Virus record (IMG/VR): IMGVR_UViG_3300031566_005149
Span: 1 to 64,000 of that record
Strand: one strand, 5' to 3'
Source: a virus
DNA length: 64,000 bases
Shown here: piece after piece, positions 40,769 through 50,221 of the stretch
How the letters are laid out: each line of letters opens with the position of its first letter
How positions within the stretch are numbered: the stretch's first letter is position 1
The notes under the pieces: model-generated
What the model saw: only the letters and a program-made list of their open reading frames with translations
What the model was told of the DNA's origin: nothing
The model's database searches: none
Program-made: the position numbers and the translations under genes

Positions 40769-41386
40769 TTATGATTTAATAATTCTAAACTGAATATATC
40801 TGTCATTTGTATTGTGTGCTACTATATAATCGTCCCATGCTGGTAATATATCGTCTTGATTGAACGGTATTTGTGAGTGTCTTAGTTGTATTGTTGCATA
40901 GCATTGCCCATCCTCATATACATCTTCTCTCATTGTAATTATTCTTGGAAATATCGAACCGAGATTATAAACAGCACTCCGACCCTCTTCACCACATTCC
41001 AATTGTAATTGACCCCAGTCTTGATCACCGATAATGGTTGGGATAAATGCAGTTCCATCACTCCAAGTTTGCCAAGAAACTGGATCTTCATCTACAGGAT
41101 TTTGCTCGCCGAATGCCCAAGCTCCAGCCGAAGCTGTACTTGAAGAACTTGAGCTGGTTGAGGAACTCGAACTCGAAGAACTAGTGGAACTTGACGAGCT
41201 ACTACTCGATGAACTTAGGCTCGATGAACTGATTGAAGATGAACTGGAACTGATTGAAGATGAACTGGAACTGATTGAAGATGAACTGGAACTGATTGAA
41301 GATGAACTGGGCTCCCACTCCAATGGTTCTGAGGCGACCCACTCACCATCTTCAAATACCCATTGCATATCAGTTATTTGTGCCAT
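40769..41386 (-). CDS. Poly-serine protein
   Basis: ~57-aa Ser tract after a Trp/acidic N-terminus. RBS AGGAGG. Confidence 0.7.
   Translation of the reverse strand: MAQITDMQWVFEDGEWVASEPLEWEPSSSSISSSSSSISSSSSSISSSSSSISSSSLSSSSSSSSSSTSSSSSSSSTSSSSSSTASAGAWAFGEQNPVDEDPVSWQTWSDGTAFIPTIIGDQDWGQLQLECGEEGRSAVYNLGSIFPRIITMREDVYEDGQCYATIQLRHSQIPFNQDDILPAWDDYIVAHNTNDRYIQFRIIKS
41226..41309. repeat. 21-nt tandem repeat x4 encoding SSSSSIS-type units
   Basis: GAACTGATTGAAGATGAACTG x4. Confidence 0.9.
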
Positions 41387-41457
41387 ATATAGTTCATCCT
41401 CCTTATGATCAACGCCTGTTACACTTGTTTATATAATTGCATTATATGTCAAGTTTT

Positions 41458-42174
41458 CTATACCTCATACGTTATTGTGAAAAAGATATTACCAGCATCG
41501 TCAGTGACACCAGAGACAAGTATGAGAGGTGATCCACCACTTGCAATATTAACCAGAGCGGCAGACTGAGCACCATTTGGTATGATTGCAGTAACGCTTC
41601 CCGTAAATGCAACATTAGCAACCAAAACTCCTCCAAAGTAACTGACATTCGTCGCGGTCTGCGTTGCAAATGGGAGTCCCTGAATATAAAAGCTGTTGTT
41701 CGCGGTTAGACCCGTTGTGTTGATTGTTAGCAGCCTACACGTCACGGTTACCTGTCGACCAACTTTAGTATACGTCCCTAATGCTGTAGCTGCGCTACCC
41801 GTATTTCCACCAGTCGCTGCATCTGCCGGCACCGGAGTCCACGTTCCCTCTTTATAGTCGTCAAGGGTATTAACAGCTATTAAACCACCTTCGCCGTCAG
41901 TAGTTGTATGATCATGAACTGGAAGTGAATGAGTTCCATCCTTTCCAACTATTCCATACCAAACTTCAGTTAGATTAACAGTTAAGGTATCGCTACCTGC
42001 ATCCAAAATTACTGTTGTATTTGGAGCTCCATATGACGATGATGCGATTGTGCCATATTGTAATCCATCTACACCACAGTCAGTTTTAACTCTTCTACCT
42101 GCATGAAAATCCAATGTTAAATCTGTTACTACAGTGAATGAGGTACCACTTACATATGTTGCTGCTAATCCCAT
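41458..42174 (-). CDS. Tail fibre / receptor-binding protein
   Basis: LDDYKEGTWTP, GTYTKVGRQVTV, IQGLPF. Confidence 0.75.
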   Translation of the reverse strand: MGLAATYVSGTSFTVVTDLTLDFHAGRRVKTDCGVDGLQYGTIASSSYGAPNTTVILDAGSDTLTVNLTEVWYGIVGKDGTHSLPVHDHTTTDGEGGLIAVNTLDDYKEGTWTPVPADAATGGNTGSAATALGTYTKVGRQVTVTCRLLTINTTGLTANNSFYIQGLPFATQTATNVSYFGGVLVANVAFTGSVTAIIPNGAQSAALVNIASGGSPLILVSGVTDDAGNIFFTITYEV

Positions 42175-42205
42175 TTTACTTCCTCCTTATATATAATACT
42201 ACAAA

Positions 42206-42595
42206 TTATTTATATTCCATCTGACTCAGCTGTTGTAGTCTTTGAGTAATAAATACCACTTCATCAGTCAGTTTCTTAAGTTTTTCAGAAAGCTTACCCC
42301 TACATTTTGGTGGTTTGTTTGTTTTAGAACAATCCGCTGATTTTCTTTTTATTTCACCCAGCTGTCTTTGCTTTGCATCCAACTTAGCCTTCAACATACA
42401 AACACCCTTCTCTCTCGGAGGTAAATCTTTACATTTCCTTGCAGCTTTATTGAAATATTCTTTATACAACCTGAAAGCCATATTTGTAATACTGAAAGCG
42501 GCTGAAAAAGCACTGATGGTTAAAATTGTTGGGTCTATCTCTTGAAGACTGTCTTCTTGAAGTTCATCCAGATATTTTTGTACTTTATCACTCAT
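42206..42595 (-). CDS. Hypothetical late protein (possible head internal protein)
   Basis: Acidic N-terminus with LQE motifs, behind the late motif. Confidence 0.65.
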   Translation of the reverse strand: MSDKVQKYLDELQEDSLQEIDPTILTISAFSAAFSITNMAFRLYKEYFNKAARKCKDLPPREKGVCMLKAKLDAKQRQLGEIKRKSADCSKTNKPPKCRGKLSEKLKKLTDEVVFITQRLQQLSQMEYK

Positions 42596-42635
42596 TGTAA
42601 TTACCTCGAATATTTATTTAATGCAGTGGGTACGT

Positions 42636-42651
42636 GTTTACATTTTGTTCT
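42636..42651 (-). promoter_or_regulatory. Putative late promoter
   Basis: AGAACAAAATGTAAAC. Confidence 0.55.
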
Positions 42652-42673
42652 AGGTTTTTACTAAGATGATGAA

Positions 42674-43636
42674 TTATAAAATTCTTTTTTGGGCTTTAAC
42701 AGCATTCTGATTCCATAGCTGCTCTAAGAATTTTTTATTTCCAGTATCATCATATTCTTTTATTTTATTGTATACGTGAGCTGGACAAAATCTCTTATCG
42801 AGGTATTTGTGGTGGGGAGGGAGTTTTTGATATCTTAAAGCTTTATTATAAATGCCATGAATGTGACGAAAGCCAATTAATTTATCCCAAGTGCCAACAC
42901 CAGGAACAGATACTTGTGTGTCAGCAGGATTCTCTTTTGGTTTAACAACCTTTAACCCCAATTCTTCTGATGCAATGTGAAGTCTGGATTCTGGATTTCC
43001 CAATCGTTGGTGGGTCTTCTCATACGTTTCAAATGGAACAAAGTGTTTTACATAATGTTCTGCAAGAGCTCTCATCGCGTCAGACTTGCCAATAAACCCA
43101 GTTGTATTTAATAAAGGTCTCCCATTATTATCTTCCCAACCGATTGCTGCGATATCAGCATCTCCAAGAATATCAAATAGTTTATCGAAGTTTTCTGGTT
43201 TATCTAAGACGCAATCACCATTAGCACAATAGATATATGGATGAGAACCAACATCATTAATTCCAGATCTTATTAACCATCCATAACCATATGTCACACC
43301 ACCCCAATCATTCCATTTTGTAGTCGAAAACGAATGCAGTTGGTCAAATACATCTCTTGGGGGCATAACATTATCATATGTTTGTGTTGGAATAGTTGGG
43401 TCTAGATAATTAGCGTAGGATAAGTGTACCCAATATCCTGTTTTTATATGAGATTCAACGGAAGATTTTAAAAACATTCTCCCAGATGGATGAGCTGTTA
43501 AAACAATAGCACATTTTTTCTGAGATTTTACTGACCAAGAATCATTTTTCATGTACCCGTTGAGTATATGTTTGGCATAAGATTTTTGTTGTGGTGTTAA
43601 CTTTGGATCGTTAAGAGTCTCTCTTGTTATTCCCAT
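42674..43636 (-). CDS. Putative GT-A-like glycosyltransferase (paralog of 45468-46535)
   Basis: AIVLTAHP..RMFL, NGDC at the DxD position, PE, GFR shared with the paralog. Confidence 0.5.
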   Translation of the reverse strand: MGITRETLNDPKLTPQQKSYAKHILNGYMKNDSWSVKSQKKCAIVLTAHPSGRMFLKSSVESHIKTGYWVHLSYANYLDPTIPTQTYDNVMPPRDVFDQLHSFSTTKWNDWGGVTYGYGWLIRSGINDVGSHPYIYCANGDCVLDKPENFDKLFDILGDADIAAIGWEDNNGRPLLNTTGFIGKSDAMRALAEHYVKHFVPFETYEKTHQRLGNPESRLHIASEELGLKVVKPKENPADTQVSVPGVGTWDKLIGFRHIHGIYNKALRYQKLPPHHKYLDKRFCPAHVYNKIKEYDDTGNKKFLEQLWNQNAVKAQKRIL

Positions 43637-43637
43637 T

Positions 43638-43982
43638 TTATTTCCCCCATTCCTCTATCTTTCTTGACATTAACTTAAAACCTCCATGGGTTTTCGACCA
43701 TCCTTTTTCGAGGTATTTTTTCTCTAATTTATCATATTCTTTTTTATCTCCATTATATTCATATCGAGATTTAAAAATAGTCTGATATAAATAAATTTGT
43801 CCAAATTTGGGAGCTTGTTCTATAGTATCAATATAAAAATGCTCATCCTCTTCATATTCTATAAAAGTATTTAATTGTGGTGGAATATCTAATTCTATTC
43901 CTTTAATAACACGAAAAAATTCCGTGGAATATCCATTATTATCCTTTTCCCCAACAGCTATAATCATTAAATAATTTCTCAT
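43638..43982 (-). CDS. Hypothetical protein
   Basis: Coupled ORF. Confidence 0.6.
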   Translation of the reverse strand: MRNYLMIIAVGEKDNNGYSTEFFRVIKGIELDIPPQLNTFIEYEEDEHFYIDTIEQAPKFGQIYLYQTIFKSRYEYNGDKKEYDKLEKKYLEKGWSKTHGGFKLMSRKIEEWGK

Positions 43983-44242
43983 TTCTCCTCCTCTGCCATT
44001 TCCGCTAAAACGTCACCATGACATGTATCGGGATGGCACCAGCAACCGAGTGTCTGACCCTTGAGTTCACCTAGTTCGCATCTTAGCTGTGGATTCATAA
44101 AAATATATTGTCTAAACTTTTCAACAACTTCCTCTCTCGTACCATCTTTTCCTATCATATATGGATTTCCCCATTTGGATGGTCGACCTATATAAACATC
44201 ATAGGATTCTTCTTTGCAGTGAACGACTTTAGTTTTTTGCAT
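43979..44242 (-). CDS. DUF4326-family protein
   Basis: YIGRPSKWGNPY, LGCWCHPDTCHGDVL. Start placed at MQKTKVVH. Confidence 0.85.
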   Translation of the reverse strand: MQKTKVVHCKEESYDVYIGRPSKWGNPYMIGKDGTREEVVEKFRQYIFMNPQLRCELGELKGQTLGCWCHPDTCHGDVLAEMAEEEK

Positions 44243-44525
44243 TAGTAAGGCTCCAGGCAATTGCATCAAAATCGTATTTTCTATTTCCGTTATCATCTTC
44301 AACAACAGCCAACTCTCTGATTTCATCTGATATCATAGGCATTCTCACATTATAAGACACATCACACTTCGGGTGAAAATTCCCATCACCATCAACAAAG
44401 AAACTAACATGTCTAGAACCGCCCATCGAAGACAGCTGATTCCAATATATAAACATCGCGTGGAGTGCTAACGCCTGTGGCTTCGTTACTTCCATTTCAA
44501 CTCTCATTTTTATTTTATCACTCAT
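44229..44525 (-). CDS. Hypothetical protein
   Basis: ORF with RBS. Confidence 0.6.
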   Translation of the reverse strand: MSDKIKMRVEMEVTKPQALALHAMFIYWNQLSSMGGSRHVSFFVDGDGNFHPKCDVSYNVRMPMISDEIRELAVVEDDNGNRKYDFDAIAWSLTNAKN

Positions 44526-44591
44526 TGTTTATCCTTTCAACTTATACAGCGAATTAACCAATTGCACTGTCTTATTCTCCGTATAAGTTAA

Positions 44592-45464
44592 TCATTTTCC
44601 ATTTTTACATTTCATATCCTGATACCCACATTCTTTTTTTCTATGAACTCCTCTATGGCATTTCTTACAGTAAGTAATACATTTATCAATATCAGCACTC
44701 TCAAGTGGTTCCCATCTAATTCCTTCAATATGATGACAGTGCAAAGATTTTATAAAACCACACTTCCGGCAAGTCCAGTTATCTCTTTCAAAAACCAGAT
44801 GCCTAAGTTGTGGTTGAACTTCTCTTGATAAGTATTTTGTCTTATTTTCTTCGGCTGAATATTTTTGTTTTCTATATATTGAGCATTCCTTTTTACATTC
44901 ATTACTACAATATAATCTATACTCTCCACCGACTGTTCCATTTAAAGCATATATTCTGCATTGAATTTCACTTCTTTTTGGTGTATACCACCTACCACAA
45001 TATGTGCATGTAACATCTAAAATTTTAGAATTCTCTTTATTTCTTTTCACCTTTTCAGCATATTTTATTTGACTTGCATAGGTATTATATAATGGTATAT
45101 TCTTTTGATAATAACCACCAGACCAATTAGGATGTTTTTTTCCTTTCATTTTTCCTTTTCGATTTCTTCTTATTAATCTTTTGGTTTCTTCCGACCGAAT
45201 GAGACCATGGCTCGGACTGTTTTCTCCTCTAAAACGCCCAATTAAAGATTTACTAATTTTTTCTTTCGTTTTATCTGAAGGATTTCTACTTGTTAAATAA
45301 CACGATTTGCTACAAAAATTGCTAATTTTATGAAAGTACGTTAAATATGGATTTCCACATTTATCACATTTATCTATATAAACATAAGCATGTTTGTTTT
45401 CAAACCATCTATTTGTTTTTAAGTCATATTTTAATTTATTTAAATTATCCCAACATATTTTCAT
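44592..45464 (-). mobile_element. HNH homing endonuclease with NUMOD3-like motifs
   Basis: RSEETK, VFERDNWTCRKC..LHCHH...CKKCH. Confidence 0.8.
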
Positions 45465-45467
45465 AAA

Positions 45468-46535
45468 CTATTTATCATATCCTTTTTCTTTTATAAATGT
45501 TTTCCATTTAGTTTCATATTCCTCATCTTTAATTATATAGCTATCATATTTCCATTTTTTAAAAAAACCAGTACGTTCACTATATGGACCAAATTCTTTT
45601 CTTTTAGAATTATCATATATCGGTTTGTTGCCGTAATATTCTAAATTTGAATACCGTCTGTTGAAAAAACTGTCCTCCCCAGTATCATAATACATATACA
45701 AATAACGATAATCACCTGTCAAATAAAATTTATATAAAGTATCTTTTTCATGTTTGCTAAAATATTCTCCATCGTTCCTCATGTCAAAAAAATTTTTTGA
45801 TAAAGGATTCAAATGTTGTTGACATATTACCTTCATTTCGCCACCAAGATTTCTGAATCCAACCAACTCCTTCCAAGTGCTCGGTTGATTGTAACTTGCA
45901 TAATGATCAATCTTTCCAGCATATTTATGACCCTTCGGAAATAAGGGTTGCATTCTCGGGACAATGTTTTTAATGTTTCTCTCTTTTACAAAGTCCCTCA
46001 ATAAAACTTCGGGGCTGTAACTTTCAGGGATATTATTCTCTAACATGGCTATGACATAATCAACGAACATATGAAATACCCAACATTTCATTATCATAGC
46101 GGCTGTATGTAATGTGCTATCTGCCGTAACACACATCATATCTCCATCATTGCGTTTAACCACATCTTTAAGTTTATCAACATTCTCTGGCTTCTCCCAA
46201 ATGCAGTCACCGTTCGTAATTATAACAGCCTCAATATTGTTCAGGGGCCTGATGAGTCCACCCGCGAGGACCACATCATACAACCACCCTATTCGCTTCT
46301 CAGCACCGTATGTGATAGGTTTTGTTACTATTGAATGTGGTATATTCATTATATTATCATGTGGCCAGGATTTATGTGAATCATATGATAGTATCACGTA
46401 CTTTCCAGTTTTCATATAATTGTTTAATGTTGCCTCTAAGAACATGCGATGTCCAGGATGGCTAGTGACTATAATTGCTGTATCTGTTCTTAGGATAAAA
46501 TCATTTTGTTTGTATTGTTTAGATGTTGCTACCAT
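45468..46535 (-). CDS. Putative GT-A-like glycosyltransferase (paralog of 42674-43636)
   Basis: AIIVTSHP..RMFL, NGDC, PE, GFR. Confidence 0.5.
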   Translation of the reverse strand: MVATSKQYKQNDFILRTDTAIIVTSHPGHRMFLEATLNNYMKTGKYVILSYDSHKSWPHDNIMNIPHSIVTKPITYGAEKRIGWLYDVVLAGGLIRPLNNIEAVIITNGDCIWEKPENVDKLKDVVKRNDGDMMCVTADSTLHTAAMIMKCWVFHMFVDYVIAMLENNIPESYSPEVLLRDFVKERNIKNIVPRMQPLFPKGHKYAGKIDHYASYNQPSTWKELVGFRNLGGEMKVICQQHLNPLSKNFFDMRNDGEYFSKHEKDTLYKFYLTGDYRYLYMYYDTGEDSFFNRRYSNLEYYGNKPIYDNSKRKEFGPYSERTGFFKKWKYDSYIIKDEEYETKWKTFIKEKGYDK

Positions 46536-47186
46536 TTAAATATCCTTCCACGTTCTACCATTTTTAATATTATAAATATGACCCACTGTTATATTATATA
46601 TTTTTGAAATTTCTTTGGGTTTTAGATTATTTTCATTCAATAAATTTTTTATTTTTCTGACTGAAATTACATTTAGACTTCTACCATTTTTTTGTTGTCT
46701 CTTATTATTTGATTGTTCTTTCTTTGTTGCCCATCTACAGTTCCATGGACCATAAGAACCATTATTATCTGGATATCTATCTATACTCATTCCATCTGGA
46801 CATTCACCCATATCTTTCAAAAAATTTTGAAATGAACTTCTCCACCTTCTACAGACAAAGATTCCTCTTCCTCCATAATATAAATAATCATTTCTTTTTG
46901 GGTTATGACACCTGCGAATCATACCTGACCACACATTATAAAGAGGATGTCGGGTTTTTCTACGAGACATACCATGTTTTGTTGACCTTTTTATTAATTT
47001 CTCATTTCTTAAACACCCACACGATTTTGTTTTATTGAATGTTAAGTCGCATGATCTAACTTGGTATAGATTCCCACAATCACATTTACACAACCACACC
47101 ACAAGTCCATTCAATCTTTTTCCAGTCTCTTTTATAACACCTAATCTACCAAACCGTTTACCCGATAATTCTATTTTTGCTCCCAT
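46536..47186 (-). mobile_element. HNH-type homing endonuclease
   Basis: GKRFGRL, CKCDCG, SCGC, YGGRGI, SIDR..NN..Y...NCRWAT. Confidence 0.8.
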
Positions 47187-47779
47187 TTTCTAAAAACTCT
47201 CCTTTTTATAATTGTCAAACCAACGTTAAAAGCCGAAAATGGAAATGTTAAAACATCGAATCTAGAGTCATTTTCAAGATCAATCCTTAATTTGTATACC
47301 TGTCCGCATTTATGATTGACAGACCATGACTCATCTGGTGGTAGAGAATCATGAAGTACAATCATCCCATCTTTAACCAAAAGTTCATTCATACTCCAAA
47401 AATCTCGCTTTACTATATCATACTCATGCGACCCATCGATAAATCCAAAAGCAATATTAGATTTTACTATTTTACTTTTAAAAAAATCATCTGATGTCCC
47501 TCTATATATAACAGAATTTTCACAGAAATATCCACTGGTATTTTTCATGTTTTCTATTAATGATTTAGAATAGTCGCAATGATAAATTTTTCTGTCATGC
47601 TTCATAGCCAACTCAGAAAGAAAAATGGATGTTTCACAAATTCCTATCTCTAATATATCTCCCTTAACATAATTCAAAACATAATCAGATAGGACTCCTA
47701 ACAATCCCCACCTATCCCAACCAAATGAACCTGCTACGACTTGTTTATATAAATTCTTTAATGCTGGATGTTCACCCAT
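47171..47779 (-). CDS. Class I SAM-dependent methyltransferase (Methyltransf_24-like)
   Basis: ILEIG, FIDGSHEY, IVLHD. Confidence 0.85.
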   Translation of the reverse strand: MGEHPALKNLYKQVVAGSFGWDRWGLLGVLSDYVLNYVKGDILEIGICETSIFLSELAMKHDRKIYHCDYSKSLIENMKNTSGYFCENSVIYRGTSDDFFKSKIVKSNIAFGFIDGSHEYDIVKRDFWSMNELLVKDGMIVLHDSLPPDESWSVNHKCGQVYKLRIDLENDSRFDVLTFPFSAFNVGLTIIKRRVFRKWEQK

Positions 47780-48459
47780 TATTTCCTCCCAAAATGTACT
47801 TTATTTAAATCTCTCATTTCTTGAACTAATTTATTTCCTTCTAAGTGACATGTTTGCAAACCTAACGTTCTTATAGACTTAAATAAAGGTTTTGCATCAT
47901 ATAAATAATCTGGAAACATCTGAATCTCAAATGGTATTTTAAGTTTTAACATCATAGTTATACAATCTGCAAAATCTTCTTTATATGGAGTAACACTTTT
48001 TGATCCTCTCTTCGGGTCATCATATTGCTTGGGGAGACGAGCTCTGGACTGTCTAACATCTTCAAAGTCTCTATGTAGTATAATGTATCTAAAATCTTTT
48101 CTAACTCTCCACCAAGCTTTTATTATTTCTGGATGCCACATGAATCTAGGGTCTTTAATAAAATGAATTGGACCCTGTTTTGGATCGTTGTTGAAATTTT
48201 CCATGGCTTGTTTATATGTGTATCCATAACCACCTTTACCCCAATAATCACCCAAACACATTTTATTAACATCTATCCGTCCAGTTTGATTCATTTGTTG
48301 GTTAAGATCATGATTTAAACTATGAACAGTTGATAGTTCATACCCAGCATCTACCGCTTCATGCCAGTTTATATTTTTGCCAGTTTTATAATTCATGGCC
48401 ATTAAAACTTTAGCAAGAAAAGAAGTGCCACACCTACCAAGGCCGGTTATAACAAGCAT
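47779..48459 (-). CDS. Sulfotransferase-family protein
   Basis: LVITGLGRCGTSFLA PAPS-binding loop, IKDPR. ATG at 48459 after GGAG. Confidence 0.75.
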   Translation of the reverse strand: MLVITGLGRCGTSFLAKVLMAMNYKTGKNINWHEAVDAGYELSTVHSLNHDLNQQMNQTGRIDVNKMCLGDYWGKGGYGYTYKQAMENFNNDPKQGPIHFIKDPRFMWHPEIIKAWWRVRKDFRYIILHRDFEDVRQSRARLPKQYDDPKRGSKSVTPYKEDFADCITMMLKLKIPFEIQMFPDYLYDAKPLFKSIRTLGLQTCHLEGNKLVQEMRDLNKVHFGRK

Positions 48460-48460
48460 A

Positions 48461-48631
48461 TTATTCTCCCATAAATTCAACTGTGTGTTTTTTCATGTGT
48501 CGTTTGATGATTCTATCATAAGGTTTTAAAATTTCTTTAATTTTTTCTTCGATTGTTTCCATAACTTTTTTCTTGAACTGCACTTTTACCCATACAGTTT
48601 TTCTATTTGCCTTTACAACATCTCCTATCAT
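48461..48631 (-). CDS. 56-aa hypothetical protein
   Basis: MIGDVVKANRKTVWVKV..., GAGG RBS behind the late motif. Not in the ORF track. Confidence 0.55.
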   Translation of the reverse strand: MIGDVVKANRKTVWVKVQFKKKVMETIEEKIKEILKPYDRIIKRHMKKHTVEFMGE

Positions 48632-48642
48632 TGTTTATCCTC

Positions 48643-48658
48643 ATTTATATTTTGTTCT
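48643..48658 (-). promoter_or_regulatory. Putative late promoter
   Basis: AGAACAAAATATAAAT. Confidence 0.6.
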
Positions 48659-48765
48659 AAGTTATTTTATTAATCTATCCACCAACTATATGAGTTGGAT
48701 TACCTGCGTTTTTCATTACATCTAAATTTTGCTTTCATTATTTAATTCCTTTCTTGTTATTTGTG

Positions 48766-49863
48766 TCACCAACCCTTTTTAATGCAATCGATAATGTATT
48801 CTCTATCTTCCTTTGTCACCCAAAATCCCACAGGAATACAAATATATTTATCATATATACTATCTAAATTTGGAAGATTCTTTTGAAACTTCTTTGTGTA
48901 TGTATAATTATCAAGTCTTTCGTGGACCCTACTTGTTGCAATGCCACATTGCCCCATATAATTTGCAAAGGAGGTTCTATCTTCAACCAAAATTGTATAT
49001 AACCAACTAGAAGAAACTCTATCTGTTAATATTTGCGGAGTTTCTATACCATCAACGTTTTTTAGTTCTTTATCATAGTATTGGGCGTTCGACTGAGCAA
49101 TTTTAACATTTTCTTCTGCTAATTTTATATTACCCATACCTATAACTGCATTTACATCATTAAGATGGAATTTATATCCAGCTTCTTCAATATCATTGAC
49201 ACATCTCATATCTTTAAGATTATTTTCACGACTAATACCAAACCATCTCAAAAGTTTTCCTCTTTTGTAAGCATCTATTTCTCTTGTAAATAAAATTCCA
49301 CCGTCTACAGTTGTTAGAAACTTAATAGCCTGTGTGCTTATCATACAATAATCTGAGTATTGACAATCACCGATTATTGAATCCTTATACATAGAGCCGA
49401 AGGTGTGGGCCGCATCTTCTATTAATACTAAATTATTATCTTTGGCTATTTTGGAGATTGGTTCTAGATCCACAGGATAACCACCCCAATGAACAACAAC
49501 AATTGCCTTAGTATCTTCCCGAATCGATTCTTCTATAGACTGCGGAATCATATTAATATCATTTCCAGTGTCTGACCAAATAATATCAGCGCCGCATGTA
49601 ATAACTGGAGTTATTGACGCCGAGCAGCTCAAGGAAGGGCATATAACAGATGTCCCAGGACCAACGCCAGCTATATGTAAAGCTAAAGTTAACCCATGTG
49701 TACCAGAAGATAGAGACATTACATTTTTATTGTTAAATTTTTTAGATAAAACTTTTTCATATTCTTCTACTTTTTCGCCCTGCCCAATCCAACCACTGAA
49801 TAATACTTTTAATAAATCATTTTGAACAGTTGGAGACATGGCAACTTTAAACAGTGGTATCAT
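48766..49863 (-). CDS. DegT/DnrJ/EryC1/StrS PLP-dependent sugar-nucleotide aminotransferase
   Basis: SSGT, VVHWGG, IEDAAH, STQAIK, DGG, GYKF. Confidence 0.92.
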   Translation of the reverse strand: MIPLFKVAMSPTVQNDLLKVLFSGWIGQGEKVEEYEKVLSKKFNNKNVMSLSSGTHGLTLALHIAGVGPGTSVICPSLSCSASITPVITCGADIIWSDTGNDINMIPQSIEESIREDTKAIVVVHWGGYPVDLEPISKIAKDNNLVLIEDAAHTFGSMYKDSIIGDCQYSDYCMISTQAIKFLTTVDGGILFTREIDAYKRGKLLRWFGISRENNLKDMRCVNDIEEAGYKFHLNDVNAVIGMGNIKLAEENVKIAQSNAQYYDKELKNVDGIETPQILTDRVSSSWLYTILVEDRTSFANYMGQCGIATSRVHERLDNYTYTKKFQKNLPNLDSIYDKYICIPVGFWVTKEDREYIIDCIKKGW

Positions 49864-50221
49864 TATCTAAATCCTCCTTCTCTTTCCACTTTCCATTTTC
49901 TTTAACCTCTATCTTTAAATTTTTCTCGTCCATCATTTTTTCGACTTTTTCCTCTATCTTTACACCCTCAATTATTTCCTGTGCTTTTCGATTAACCCAT
50001 ATTCTAAACTTTGTACTATTAGATAATCTCTGCATGGCTATCTTTTTATTTATATGTTGATGTCTGTGTTCACGACTTTCGCCTCTCGCTCCAGATTCTC
50101 TATGAATTATTCGAACTCCCGAATCAGTTTTATTCTGATGTTGTCCACCCTTACCACCAGACCTGAAAGTCTGAACCTCGAAGTCTTTCTTGGTTAGTGT
50201 GAATAATTTTTTCTTTACCAT
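49847..50221 (-). CDS. Stand-alone GGQ peptidyl-tRNA hydrolase (RF-1 domain, ArfB-like size)
   Basis: RSGGKGGQHQNKTDSGVRIIH...R.Q..NK. Confidence 0.88.
   Translation of the reverse strand: MVKKKLFTLTKKDFEVQTFRSGGKGGQHQNKTDSGVRIIHRESGARGESREHRHQHINKKIAMQRLSNSTKFRIWVNRKAQEIIEGVKIEEKVEKMMDEKNLKIEVKENGKWKEKEDLDNDTTV

Noticed and set aside
41226-41309. Short direct repeats as a possible CRISPR array
   Set aside because: Head-to-tail coding repeats with no spacers and no cas genes
41034-41408. + strand ELELIED-repeat ORF
   Set aside because: Same antisense artefact of the poly-Ser gene
41420-41455. TTGACA followed by TATAAT on the - strand as a sigma70 promoter
   Set aside because: The hexamers are adjacent with no 17-nt spacer
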